NCBI GenBank assembly: GCA_031372565.1
Contig: JANMLN010000177.1
Span: forward strand, 1-57,822
From: Gemmatimonadota bacterium
Lineage (GTDB): Bacteria; Gemmatimonadota; Gemmatimonadetes; Gemmatimonadales; Gemmatimonadaceae
DNA length: 57,822 nt
Direction: 5' to 3'
The position numbers and the translations under genes are program-made. The notes under the pieces are model-generated. The model saw only the letters and a program-made list of their open reading frames with translations. It ran no database searches and was not told the DNA's origin. This document shows positions 9,383-18,907 of the stretch, piece after piece (positions within the stretch are counted from its first letter, which is position 1; each line of letters opens with the position of its first letter).

Positions 9383-10051
9383 ATGCGAATCCTCCTCCTT
9401 GGCGCCCTCGGGGCGCTGGCTGCCTGCGGCGGCGACGACCAGTCCAAGGGCGCCCCCGCGGTGCCCACTGTCTCTCCCGCCCTCGTCAACCCGGAGCCGC
9501 TCAAACTCGCGGCGGCCGGGCCCGACTCCTTCACCGTCGTGTTCACCACCAGCAAGGGCGACGTCGAGGTCATGGTGCGTCGCGCCTGGGCCCCGAAGGG
9601 CGCAGATCGCCTCCATTATCTCGTCACCAACGGGTTCTTCACCGGCGCACGCTTCTTCCGCGTGCTGCCCGGGTTTGTGGCGCAATTCGGACTCTCCGGC
9701 GTTCCCGACGTCGATGCCACCTTCGACAAGTTCCCGCTCACCGACGATCCGGTGAAGGCGAAGAACGTCAAGGGGTCGTTGGTGTTCGCGACCGCGGGGC
9801 AGAACACGAGGACGACCCAGCTCTTCATCAACCTCGCCGACAACGCGCAGCTTGATCAGATGGGCTTCGCCCCGTTCGGCACCGTCGTGCGCGGCATGGA
9901 TGCGGTGGAGAAGTTCTACGCCGGCTATGGCGAGGGCGCCCCGATGGGCGGCGGGCCCGATCAGGGCAAGATCAAGGGTGACGGCAACAGCTACCTGCGC
10001 GCGCAGTTCCCCGAGCTGGACTCGGTCGTCACGGCGCGCATCAAGCCGTAG
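9383..10051 (+). CDS. Cyclophilin-type peptidyl-prolyl isomerase, lipoprotein
   Basis: Lipobox LAAC; FTTSKG, FFRVLPGFVAQFG, RTTQLFINL.DN..LD..GFAPFG.V..GM. Confidence 0.93.
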   Translation: MRILLLGALGALAACGGDDQSKGAPAVPTVSPALVNPEPLKLAAAGPDSFTVVFTTSKGDVEVMVRRAWAPKGADRLHYLVTNGFFTGARFFRVLPGFVAQFGLSGVPDVDATFDKFPLTDDPVKAKNVKGSLVFATAGQNTRTTQLFINLADNAQLDQMGFAPFGTVVRGMDAVEKFYAGYGEGAPMGGGPDQGKIKGDGNSYLRAQFPELDSVVTARIKP

Positions 10052-10053
10052 CC

Positions 10054-10734
10054 ATGCGCACACTGGCACAGTCGGGTGGGCGCCGCCTTTCATTGTTCGG
10101 ACTGATCGCGCTCACCCTCGCAAACGGTGCCTGCCGCTCGGCACCGTTTGCGCGGCTCAAGAATCCGAACCCCTCCGAGCTCGAGAAGGCGGCGCCCGAC
10201 TCCTTCATCGTCACGTTCACGACGTCGAAAGGGCCGTTTGACGTGATGATCCGCCGTCCGTTGGCGCCCAAGGGCGCGGATCGACTGCACTTTCTCGTCA
10301 ACGCGCACTACTACGATGGCGTGCGCTTCTTCCGCGTCGTCAAGGGGTTCATGGCGCAGTTCGGCCTCCATGGCGACTCGGGGGTCACGAGCGCATGGCG
10401 CAGTCGCCGCATCGTCGATGACACCGTGAAGGGAACGAACGCCCGGGGGACCATCACGTTCGCCACGGGCGGTCCGAACACGCGCACCACCCAGCTGTTC
10501 ATCAACCTCGTCGACAATCGACGGCTGGACGCGAGCGGCTTCGCCCCGCTCGGAAGTGTCGTGAACGGGATGGCGGTCGTGGACTCGCTCTACGACGGCT
10601 ACGGCGAGGGCGCGCCGCGGGGCGGTGGCCCCGACCAGGGCAAGATCAGCCGTGAGGGGAATGCGTACCTGAGCTTTGCCTATCCCAAGCTGGACTCGAT
10701 CGTGACCGCGCGCGTGACCAGGCGCTGGCCATAG
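10054..10734 (+). CDS. Cyclophilin-type peptidyl-prolyl isomerase, second tandem paralog
   Basis: Same motifs (FFRVVKGFMAQFG, RTTQLFINL); signal peptide with Cys (ANGAC). Confidence 0.93.
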   Translation: MRTLAQSGGRRLSLFGLIALTLANGACRSAPFARLKNPNPSELEKAAPDSFIVTFTTSKGPFDVMIRRPLAPKGADRLHFLVNAHYYDGVRFFRVVKGFMAQFGLHGDSGVTSAWRSRRIVDDTVKGTNARGTITFATGGPNTRTTQLFINLVDNRRLDASGFAPLGSVVNGMAVVDSLYDGYGEGAPRGGGPDQGKISREGNAYLSFAYPKLDSIVTARVTRRWP

Positions 10735-10786
10735 CACGCGGTCGCATCTGGACAGTCTCCGGTCCCGCCGCGACGTTCTCCGTCGC

Positions 10787-11209
10787 ATGCCCTCCGTCGG
10801 TTATTCCGGTACCCCGCTCGCCAAGAAACTCGGCCTCCGCGCTGGCATGCGGCTGCTGGTGCGCGGGGCACCGCCAGAGTACGCGCACTGGATCGCTCCC
10901 ATCCCGGACGGGCTCGTGATCACCGCGCGTGCGCAGTCGCCGAGCGCCGTGCATCTGTTCGTGACGGAGCGCGTGGACCTGGAACGGCAGCTCACCGCCC
11001 TGCGGTCGTCGCTCGTGGAGGACGGGTTCGTGTGGATCTCATGGCCGAAGAAGGCGGCGAAGGTCCCGACGACGATCACGGAAGACGTGATCCGCGCTGT
11101 CGCCCTGCCGATGGGCTTCGTTGACGTGAAGGTCTGCGCGGTCAGCGAGATCTGGTCGGGCCTCAAACTCGTCATCCGCGTGTCCGAACGCGGCGCGAGC
11201 ACGCCATGA
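10787..11209 (+). CDS. DUF3052 family protein
   Basis: GYSGTPLAKKLG, WISWPKKAAKVPT.ITED.IR, VDVKVCAV...WSGLKLV.R. Confidence 0.85.
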   Translation: MPSVGYSGTPLAKKLGLRAGMRLLVRGAPPEYAHWIAPIPDGLVITARAQSPSAVHLFVTERVDLERQLTALRSSLVEDGFVWISWPKKAAKVPTTITEDVIRAVALPMGFVDVKVCAVSEIWSGLKLVIRVSERGASTP

Positions 11210-12549
11210 TCTTCGAGCCGGCCGACGAATGCATGGACGTCGAGGCCCGGCGCGCGCTCCAGGGCGAGCGCCTCAGCGCCGTCGTCGCGCGCGTGACCGC
11301 GCGGGTGCCCTTGTACGCCGATCGTCTGGCTGAACTGCGCGTGCGGGCCGATGACATCCGCGGACTCGAGGACCTGCACCGACTGCCCATCACGCGCAAG
11401 CGCGACCTGCGCGACACCTATCCGTTCGGGCTCCTGGCGGTGCCGCGCGCCCACTGCGTCCGCGTGCACGCATCGTCGGGGACCACCGGACGACCCACGG
11501 TCGTGGCCTACTCCGCGGCCGACGTCGACCTGTTCGCGCGGATGTGTGCGCGCGCGCTCGCGATGGGCGGCGCCGAGCCGGGCATGCTCCTGCACAACGC
11601 CTACGGGTATGGTCTCTTCACCGGCGGATTGGGCCTTCACGCCGGCGGCGAGCGGCTCGGCATGACCGTGGTTCCCGTCTCGGGCGGCATGACCGAGCGT
11701 CAGCTGCTGCTCATCCAGGATCTCGCCCCGGATGTGCTGACCTGCACACCGAGCTACGCCCTGACGCTGGCTGCCGAATTCGCGAAGCGCGGCATCGGGC
11801 CGGCCGAGACGTCGCTGCGCTTCTCGCTGCACGGCGCCGAGCCCTGGACCGAGTCGATGCGGGTGCAGATCGACCGGGGCCTCGGCGTGCGGTGCACCAA
11901 CATCTACGGCCTCTCCGAGATCATCGGCCCCGGCGTCAGCAACGAGTGCGTCGAGGCGCGCGACGGCTCGCACGTGAACGAGGATCACTTCTATCCGGAG
12001 ATCCTCGATCCCGAGTCGGGGGAACCCATGCCGGATGGCGCCGAGGGGGTGCTCGTGCTGACCACCCTGACCAAGGAAGCGCTTCCGTTGCTGCGGTACT
12101 GGACCGGCGATGTGACCTCGCTGCAACGCGGACCCTGCGCCTGCGGGCGTACCCTGGTGCGCATGGCGCGCATCAAGGGACGCACCGACGACATGCTGAT
12201 CATCCGTGGCGTGAACGTCTATCCCAGCCAGATCGAGAGCGTGCTGGGGAGGATCGCGGAGCTGGCACCCCACTACCGGCTGGTCGTGACGCGCGAGTCG
12301 CATCTCGACTCGATGGAGGTGCAGGCGGAACTCTCAGCGCCATTCGCGGGCGAGATCGTGCGCGAAACGCTGTCGGACGAGATCGTGGAGGCGGACCTTC
12401 AGCTGCGCACCCTGCGCCATCGCGTCGCCACGATGCTCCACGACACCATCGGCGTGTCGATGCGCGTCACCCTCCTGTCGCCAGGGACTGCGCCACGCTC
12501 GGAAGGCGGCAAGCTCAACCGCGTCGTCGACCAGCGGCCACGCGCGTGA
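11206..12549 (+). CDS. paaK: Phenylacetate-CoA ligase
   Basis: HASSGTTGRPT, YGYGLFTGGLG.H.G, GAEPW, IYGLSEI.GPGV, GRTDDMLIIRGVNVYPSQIE; ATGA overlap with the upstream gene. Confidence 0.93.
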   Translation: MIFEPADECMDVEARRALQGERLSAVVARVTARVPLYADRLAELRVRADDIRGLEDLHRLPITRKRDLRDTYPFGLLAVPRAHCVRVHASSGTTGRPTVVAYSAADVDLFARMCARALAMGGAEPGMLLHNAYGYGLFTGGLGLHAGGERLGMTVVPVSGGMTERQLLLIQDLAPDVLTCTPSYALTLAAEFAKRGIGPAETSLRFSLHGAEPWTESMRVQIDRGLGVRCTNIYGLSEIIGPGVSNECVEARDGSHVNEDHFYPEILDPESGEPMPDGAEGVLVLTTLTKEALPLLRYWTGDVTSLQRGPCACGRTLVRMARIKGRTDDMLIIRGVNVYPSQIESVLGRIAELAPHYRLVVTRESHLDSMEVQAELSAPFAGEIVRETLSDEIVEADLQLRTLRHRVATMLHDTIGVSMRVTLLSPGTAPRSEGGKLNRVVDQRPRA

Positions 12550-12590
12550 ATGGTTCGCGTTCGTTCGTCTCCCTCTCCCGTCGTCACGCC

Positions 12591-14672
12591 ATGCCGCGTC
12601 GTCCGTTGTACGCCACCGCTCTCGCGACGCTGCTCCCGCTGCTCGCCGTCTCCGCCCAATCGCAGCTCCGCTCGGCGGACTGGCCGGTGAACGGCGGCGG
12701 CCCTGATGCGAACCGGCACTCCACCCTCGCACAGATCACGCCAGAGAACGTGAAGCGACTTGCCGTGGCCTGGACGTACGACACGCGCGATGCGTTTCCC
12801 GGATCGGAGATGCAGGCCAATCCGATCGTCGTGGACGGCATGCTCTACGCGACCAGCCCGAAGGTGCGCGTGTTCGCCCTTGATGCGGCGTCAGGCAAGG
12901 AGCTGTGGAGCTTCGACCCGAGTGGCGGCGTCGCGCCGACGCGCCGCTTTCGCCAGCGCGGCGTCACCGTCTTCGGCGATCAGCTCTTCATCACCTATCG
13001 CAACTGGCTGTGGGCGCTCAACCGCAGGACCGGCAAGCCCATCCTCACGTTCGGGGACTCGGGGCGCGTCGACTTGCGCGCGGGACTCGGCCGGGCCGTC
13101 GAAGGACTCGGCGTGAGCGCAAGCTCGCCCGGTATCGTCTTCGAAGACCTGTTCATCCTCGGCAGCACGGTGGGCGAGAGCCTGCCCTCCGCACCGGGCG
13201 ACGTGCGCGCCTATGACATCCACACCGGCGCGCTGCGCTGGGCCTTTCACACGATTCCCCGACCGGGGGAGTACGGCTACGACACGTGGTCGGCCGACTC
13301 GTGGAAGGTGGTCGGTGGCGCGAACGCCTGGTCCGGGGTCACGATCGATCAGGTGCGCGGCATCGTCTTCGCTGCCACGGGCTCGGCGGCCTTCGACTTC
13401 TACGGGGCCAACCGGATCGGCGACAACCTGTTCGCGAATACGGTGCTCGCACTCGACGCGCGCTCCGGCCGGCGACTCTGGCACTTCCAGGGCATTCGCC
13501 ACGACCTGTGGGACCTCGACTTCCCCGCCGCACCGACGCTCGTGACGGTCAAGCGCAAGGGGAAGGATGTCGACGCGATTGCCCAGGTGACCAAGACGGG
13601 CCACGTCTTCGTCCTCGACCGCGTCACCGGCGAATCGTTGTTCCCGCTGCGCGAGGTCAGGGTGCCGGCATCGCGTCTCGACGGCGAACAGGCTGCGACA
13701 ACGCAACGGCTCCCCGTGCTGCCGCCACCGCTCGTGCGCCAGACCCTCACCGAGCGCGACCTCACGCGCCGCACGCCGGCCGCCCATGCGGCGGCCTTGG
13801 CCACCTTCCGCAAGTATCCGAATCGGGGACTGTTTGCGCCGCCCTCGGAAGCAGGGACGATCGTCTTTCCGGGTTACGACGGGGGCGCCGAGTGGGGCGG
13901 ACCCGCCTTCGATCCCGAATCGGGGCTGCTGTATGTGAACACGATCGAGATGGCGTGGCTGCTCAAGATGATCCCGCGCGACGACAAGTCGCTGTACAAG
14001 AACAACTGCGCCAGCTGTCATCGCGACGATCTCACGGGTACGCCGGGACAGATCCCGACACTCGTCGGCATCGGGGAACGCCGGAAGCCAGAGGAGATCG
14101 CGGCTGTCATTCGCAACGGCGCCGGCCGCATGCCGGGGTTTGGTGGTGCGCTCGAAGGCGGCGCCATCACCGATCTCGTGAACTTCCTCATCACCGGCAA
14201 GGATGCCAACGACAAGCCGGGCAGCAACCCGTACTGGCTCAAGTACCGCAACGACGGCTACACCATCTTTCAGGACTCGGGCTTCTATCCCGCCATCGCG
14301 CCGCCCTGGGGCTCGCTGACCGCCATCGATCTCAACACGGGCAAGTTCCGCTGGCGTATTCCGTTCGGTGAGTATCCGCAGCTGACGGCCAAGGGGATCA
14401 AGAATACCGGCACCGACAATTACGGCGGTCCGGTGGTGACCACGAGTGGCCTGCTGTTCATCGCGGCCACCAGTTGGGACAACAAGATTCGCGCGTTCGA
14501 CAAGCGAAGTGGCAAGCTGCTCTGGGAGGCCACGCTGCCCTTTGCCGGGGCGGCCACTCCCGCGCTCTACATGGTGAACGGCAGGCAGTACGTCGTCATC
14601 GCCTGTGGCGGCGGCAAGAACGACGCGCCATCCGGCGGCGTGTACGTGGCGTTCGCGCTCCCCCCCGCCTGA
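12591..14672 (+). CDS. PQQ-dependent (glucose-dehydrogenase-like) dehydrogenase with internal cytochrome c domain
   Basis: Signal peptide; QANPIVVDG, GGANAWSG, HDLWDLD, FPGYDGGAEWGG, CASCH...GRMP, PPWG.L.AIDLNTG, NYGGP. Alternative GTG start at 12546. Confidence 0.92.
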   Translation: MPRRPLYATALATLLPLLAVSAQSQLRSADWPVNGGGPDANRHSTLAQITPENVKRLAVAWTYDTRDAFPGSEMQANPIVVDGMLYATSPKVRVFALDAASGKELWSFDPSGGVAPTRRFRQRGVTVFGDQLFITYRNWLWALNRRTGKPILTFGDSGRVDLRAGLGRAVEGLGVSASSPGIVFEDLFILGSTVGESLPSAPGDVRAYDIHTGALRWAFHTIPRPGEYGYDTWSADSWKVVGGANAWSGVTIDQVRGIVFAATGSAAFDFYGANRIGDNLFANTVLALDARSGRRLWHFQGIRHDLWDLDFPAAPTLVTVKRKGKDVDAIAQVTKTGHVFVLDRVTGESLFPLREVRVPASRLDGEQAATTQRLPVLPPPLVRQTLTERDLTRRTPAAHAAALATFRKYPNRGLFAPPSEAGTIVFPGYDGGAEWGGPAFDPESGLLYVNTIEMAWLLKMIPRDDKSLYKNNCASCHRDDLTGTPGQIPTLVGIGERRKPEEIAAVIRNGAGRMPGFGGALEGGAITDLVNFLITGKDANDKPGSNPYWLKYRNDGYTIFQDSGFYPAIAPPWGSLTAIDLNTGKFRWRIPFGEYPQLTAKGIKNTGTDNYGGPVVTTSGLLFIAATSWDNKIRAFDKRSGKLLWEATLPFAGAATPALYMVNGRQYVVIACGGGKNDAPSGGVYVAFALPPA

Positions 14673-14673
14673 T

Positions 14674-14707
14674 TGTCATCCTGAGCGCAGCGAAGAATCC
14701 GCTTCTC
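14674..14707 (+). repeat. REP-like repeat, single degenerate copy
   Basis: TGTCATCCTGAGCGCAGCGAAGAATCCGCTTCTC, same family as the copies at 21751, 42168 and 57748. Confidence 0.85.
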
Positions 14708-14725
14708 CCGCCTCCCTCCCACTCC

Positions 14726-15718
14726 ATGTCCCTCCGCCGCATCGTCGGTGGCGTCGCGGTCGCCGTCACGCTCGCGCTCACCATCGCCCTCGCGGCGGTC
14801 TGGGCCCCCGACCGCACCGTCGCCGACCTCACACCGCGCTGGGCACCCGCGCCTTCCCGCTTCATCGATGTCGGCGGCCTCCGCGTGCACATCCGCGATG
14901 AAGGGCCTGCGACGGACAGCGTGCCCATCCTGCTGCTGCATGGCACCTCGGCCAGCCTGCACACGTGGGACGGCTGGGCCGCCGATCTCCGGCGCGATCA
15001 TCGCGTCATCCGGCTCGATCTTCCCGGCTTCGGCCTGACCGGTCCGTTCCCGGACGACGATTACACGATCGCGCACTACCTCCGGTTCCTCGGCGCCACA
15101 CTCGATTCGCTCCACGTGTCGCGGGTCATCGTGGCCGGCAACTCGTTCGGCGGCGAACTCGCGTGGTCGTTCGCGTTGGTCGAGCCAAGCCGCACCGCAG
15201 CCATCGTGCTCGTCGACGCAGCGGGCTATCCGTTCGTTTCGACCTCCGTGCCCATCGGCTTCCGCCTGGCACGCACCCCCGGGCTGAGCCGACTACTCAC
15301 GCTCATCCTGCCGCGCTCCGTTGTCGCATCGAGCGTACGCAATACCTACGGCTCTCCCGAGCGCGTCGACGCAGCGCTCATCGACCGCTACTACGAGTTG
15401 ACGCTGCGGGAGGGCAATCGGGCCGCCCTCCCCAGGCGCTTCGCATCCCAGAGCATCGGCAACCAGGTCGCGCGCGTCCCGACCCTGACGCTGCCGACGC
15501 TCATTCTCTGGGGCATGAAGGACCGCCTGATTCCACCGTCGAACGGCGACCGCTTCCACAAGGAGATCGCCGGCAGCACACTGGTCACGTTCGATGACCT
15601 CGGCCACGTGCCGATGGAAGAAGACCCGGCCCGTACGGTGGCCGCGATGCGCACCTTCCTCGCCGGCCTTCCAAGCGCCGGCACTCTCACCTCGTCTCCT
15701 GCTGCCTCTCGACCATGA
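14726..15718 (+). CDS. Alpha/beta-fold hydrolase with N-terminal membrane anchor
   Basis: LLHG, DLPGFG, nucleophile GNSFGG, WGMKD, GHVPMEE. Confidence 0.92.
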   Translation: MSLRRIVGGVAVAVTLALTIALAAVWAPDRTVADLTPRWAPAPSRFIDVGGLRVHIRDEGPATDSVPILLLHGTSASLHTWDGWAADLRRDHRVIRLDLPGFGLTGPFPDDDYTIAHYLRFLGATLDSLHVSRVIVAGNSFGGELAWSFALVEPSRTAAIVLVDAAGYPFVSTSVPIGFRLARTPGLSRLLTLILPRSVVASSVRNTYGSPERVDAALIDRYYELTLREGNRAALPRRFASQSIGNQVARVPTLTLPTLILWGMKDRLIPPSNGDRFHKEIAGSTLVTFDDLGHVPMEEDPARTVAAMRTFLAGLPSAGTLTSSPAASRP

Positions 15719-17064
15719 CGCGTCTCCTCGTCACCAGCCGCTCCCGACGCCGCACGGCCACACGGCTGAGCGTCGCGATGCTCCTCGCGCTTGCCGCACT
15801 GCCGCTCTCCGCGCAGCCCAACGAGGCCCGCATCCGATGGGATCGCCTCTGCCAGATCCGGCGGGAGAAGTTCGACCGGATCCTGCCGGAGGCACTGCGC
15901 GAGAATGGCGTCGACATGTGGATCGTCGCCATGCGCGAGGGCAACTACGATCCGCAGTGGGAGTTGCTCGGTCGCGGCTACGTCGGCGACATCGGCTACT
16001 TCGTCTTCACCGACCGGGGTGGTGAGCGCATCGAGCGCGCCGCCCTCGGCATCGACGATCATCATCGTGAAGCGTGCGGCGCGTACGACATTCCTGATGG
16101 CGCCGCCGACCTCGCCGCCTTCGTGCGTGCGCGCAACCCGAAGCGCATCGCGCTCAACTTCGCCGAGGAGATCGGCCGCGCCGACGGACTCTCGCACTCG
16201 CTCTACCTGCACATCACCAAGACGCTGGGGGCCGAGCTCTCGAGCCGCATCGTCAGCGCCGAGAAGCTGATCTCCGACTTCACGTCGCGGCGCGTCGCGT
16301 CCGAGATCGTCGCCTTCGGCGAGGCCGGCGAGATCGGGCGACAGCTGCTGGAACGGGCACTCTCGAACGAGGTCATCACGCCAGGCAAGACCACGCTCGC
16401 CGACGTCTCGTGGTGGCTCGAAGAGCAGATGCAGCAGCGCCGCCTCGGCACGTCGTTCGAAGTGCCGAGCGTCTACATCACCGGCCCCTCGGGGATCGAG
16501 GCCACCTCCAACGATCGCGTGATCCAGCGCGGCGACCTCGTGATGATCGATTACGGCGTCGGGTACCTCGGCATGTGGACCGACCAGAAGCGCATCGCCT
16601 ACATCCTGAAGGACGGCGAGACCACCGCGCCGCTCTGGCTCCAGCACGCGTTCGACGAGGCGCTCAAGGTGCGCGACATCATTCGCCGCACGATCAAGCC
16701 CATCGGCACGGCGCAGACCATGCTGGCGGCCACGGAGGCGGCCATCACGAAGGGCGGCTTCCGGAAGGCCGCATCGTTCAACAAGGTCGCGGCCGACAAC
16801 GTCACCGAGTTCTACATCGGGTGCCACTCGGTCGGCGATTGGGGCCACGGCCTCGGGCCCTCGGTGGCCTTCTTTAACCCCAAGCGCCAGACCTTCGAGC
16901 TGCGTCCGACCAACCTGCTGTCGATCGAGCTGTTCGCGTGGGTTCCGGTCGCCGAGTGGGGCGGCAAGAAGGTGCGCATCCCGCTCGAGGACGACGCGAT
17001 CGTGACGGCCCGCGGGGTCGAGTGGGTGTACCCCGTCAACCAGCGGCTGCGTCTCGTTCGCTAG
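15715..17064 (+). CDS. M24 family (Xaa-Pro) metallopeptidase, exported
   Basis: Signal peptide; metal-ligand pattern IDYG, TDQKR, CHSVG, SIE, LEDD; ATGA overlap. Confidence 0.85.
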   Translation: MTRLLVTSRSRRRTATRLSVAMLLALAALPLSAQPNEARIRWDRLCQIRREKFDRILPEALRENGVDMWIVAMREGNYDPQWELLGRGYVGDIGYFVFTDRGGERIERAALGIDDHHREACGAYDIPDGAADLAAFVRARNPKRIALNFAEEIGRADGLSHSLYLHITKTLGAELSSRIVSAEKLISDFTSRRVASEIVAFGEAGEIGRQLLERALSNEVITPGKTTLADVSWWLEEQMQQRRLGTSFEVPSVYITGPSGIEATSNDRVIQRGDLVMIDYGVGYLGMWTDQKRIAYILKDGETTAPLWLQHAFDEALKVRDIIRRTIKPIGTAQTMLAATEAAITKGGFRKAASFNKVAADNVTEFYIGCHSVGDWGHGLGPSVAFFNPKRQTFELRPTNLLSIELFAWVPVAEWGGKKVRIPLEDDAIVTARGVEWVYPVNQRLRLVR

Positions 17065-17089
17065 CGCGACTCGAGTACACGGAACGGCC

Positions 17090-17159
17090 GCGACCGCCGC
17101 CGCCAAGCCGATACCGGCACGTGCGTCGTCTCGATGCAACGTCGGGCGGTGGCGGTCGC
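17090..17159. other. Intergenic branched stem-loop
   Basis: GCGACCGCCGCCGCC (17090-17104) pairs with GGCGGTGGCGGTCGC (17145-17159) and encloses two smaller hairpins. Confidence 0.55.
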
Positions 17160-17209
17160 TAGACTCCGGTACGCGCTTCGACTCCCCCCCATTCGCCCCA
17201 CGCCTCCTC

Positions 17210-17692
17210 ATGTACGGTCTCGTCCTCACGCTGCATTCGCTCACCCGTTGGATCGTCGTCGTCCTCGCCATCCTCGGCATCGGGCGCGGCCTCGCTGGCG
17301 GCTCGGCGCCCTGGAGTTCGGCCGATGAAACGCCGCGACGGTTCTTCCCGCACGCGATGACGCTGCAGTTCGTGCTGGGTCTGGCGCTCTGGTTCATGTC
17401 ACCGCTCGTGGCGACCGCGCGCGCCAACATGGGCGCCGCCATGAAGGATCCGGCGCTCCGTTTCTTCACGGTCGAGCACACGGCGGCCATGTTCATCGCC
17501 CTCACGCTCACGCACATCGGTGCGGCGCGCGCACGCCGAGCCACCGAGCCTGCTGCCAAGCGCCGCACGATGCTCATCTTCTTCGGACTCGCCACGGCAC
17601 TCGTGCTCTGGTCCATTCCGTGGGCCAGCCGTCCGCTCTTCCGGATGGGCGTCCCGGCCGAAGCGACGCCGGCGACCGTGTCGGCGCTGTAG
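17210..17692 (+). CDS. Conserved 4-TM membrane protein (cytochrome b-like His pattern)
   Basis: LHS..RW, Q..LG, MKD..LRFF.VEH, HIG, SIPW..RPLFR. Confidence 0.8.
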   Translation: MYGLVLTLHSLTRWIVVVLAILGIGRGLAGGSAPWSSADETPRRFFPHAMTLQFVLGLALWFMSPLVATARANMGAAMKDPALRFFTVEHTAAMFIALTLTHIGAARARRATEPAAKRRTMLIFFGLATALVLWSIPWASRPLFRMGVPAEATPATVSAL

Positions 17693-17694
17693 TC

Positions 17695-18063
17695 CTGAAG
17701 CACGCCGCCACCTTCGTGCGCGTCGGTGCCGCGGGCGAATCCGGGTGGCAAGCGCCACTCGGACGCGGCTTCGAACTGCAACCGCTCTCCGATCCGACCG
17801 TGCTTGCTCCGGCGCAGGCGCTCAGTCTCCGCGTGTTGCGTGACGGCGTCGCGGTGAGCGGCCAACCCGTGACAGTGCGGTACGAGACCGACAGCGCTCC
17901 CGTCGTCCGCATCAGCGACGGGAGCGGGCGCGTCACATTCGACTTCGCCAAGGCGGGTCGCTACCCGGTGGCGGCCACGCAGCTTCGCCGGTCGATCCGA
18001 CCCGCGCTCGAGTGGGAGAGTGATTTCACGACGTTGACGCTCGCCGTGCACGCAACGCCGTGA
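17695..18063 (+). pseudogene. C-terminal fragment of a DUF4198-like periplasmic protein
   Basis: KHAATFVRVG...P..DPT.L....L.LRVLRDG....D..GRVTF....GRY....WESDFTTLTL resembles the DUF4198 C-terminal half. No signal peptide and no non-overlapping canonical start ahead of the conserved part. Confidence 0.6.
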
Positions 18064-18073
18064 ACGTGGGGCG

Positions 18074-18907
18074 CTAGAGGCGCGCGACGAACCCTTCGAC
18101 CAGCGCCTCGAACGACGCACCGGCGGCACGCCCTGCCTCGAGCACTTCAGCGTGACTGAGCGGCACTGGCGAGATCCCGGCTGCCTGATTGCTGATCAGC
18201 GACACCCCCGCCACGCGCATCCCGATCGCCCGCGCCACGATCACCTCGGGCACGGTGCTCATCCCGGTCGCATCCACCCCCAGCCGCTCGAGCATCCGCA
18301 CCTCGGACGGCGTCTCGAACGCCGGACCCAGCGACCCCGCGTAGACGCCGTCCGCGAGCGGAATCCCGCGCGCACGCGCCACGTCATGCAGCATCGCCCG
18401 CAGCGCCGCATCGTACGGCTCGGACATGTCGGGGAAGCGCTCGTCGCCGGGCTCGACGCGGCCGATCAGCGGATTGCGACACATGAGGTTGATGTGATCC
18501 GCAATCGCCATCAGGTCGCCGGAACGGAAGGTGCGCCGTACACCGCCGGCCGCGTTCGACACGAACAGCACCGGCGCGCCGAGCGCGTGCACGACGCGTA
18601 CGGGGAAGCCGGCGAGCGCCGCGTCGTGTCCCTCGTACATGTGGAAGCGGCCCGCGAGGCAGAGCACGCGACGTCCCGCCAGCGTACCACCGATCATGGC
18701 ACCTTCGTGCCCATGCACCGTCGCCGAGGGAAATCCGGGGATCTCCGCATACGGCACGCGCACCGCGTCCGCGATCCGTGCGGCCAGGCCACCCAACCCG
18801 GAGCCGAGAATGATCGCGCACACGGGCGGCGTCGAGGCCACGCGGGCGCGGACGGCATCCGCACTCGCACGCGCCGCGTCAGCCCAGCTCGCGGATGGCA
18901 CGCTCAT
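18074..18907 (-). CDS. Purine-nucleoside phosphorylase (PNP I/PunA type)
   Basis: ILGSGLGG, Y.EIPGFP..TV.GH.G, GRFH.YEG, SNAAGG, GP.FETP.E, GMSTVPE, SN.AAG. Confidence 0.95.
   Translation of the reverse strand: MSVPSASWADAARASADAVRARVASTPPVCAIILGSGLGGLAARIADAVRVPYAEIPGFPSATVHGHEGAMIGGTLAGRRVLCLAGRFHMYEGHDAALAGFPVRVVHALGAPVLFVSNAAGGVRRTFRSGDLMAIADHINLMCRNPLIGRVEPGDERFPDMSEPYDAALRAMLHDVARARGIPLADGVYAGSLGPAFETPSEVRMLERLGVDATGMSTVPEVIVARAIGMRVAGVSLISNQAAGISPVPLSHAEVLEAGRAAGASFEALVEGFVARL

Noticed and set aside
9251..10093. N-terminal half of the 598-aa minus-strand ORF fused to cruF
   Set aside because: Antisense shadow of the cyclophilin gene; cruF starts at 9250.
11544..12590. N-terminal extension of the 1042-aa ORF (apparent fusion)
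   Set aside because: Out-of-frame overlap with paaK; the real protein begins with a signal peptide at about 12591.
13500..13530. Lanthanide motif in the second PQQ enzyme (WDLD)
   Set aside because: W-D-x-D is the normal sequence in glucose-dehydrogenase-like PQQ enzymes, so it is not diagnostic there.
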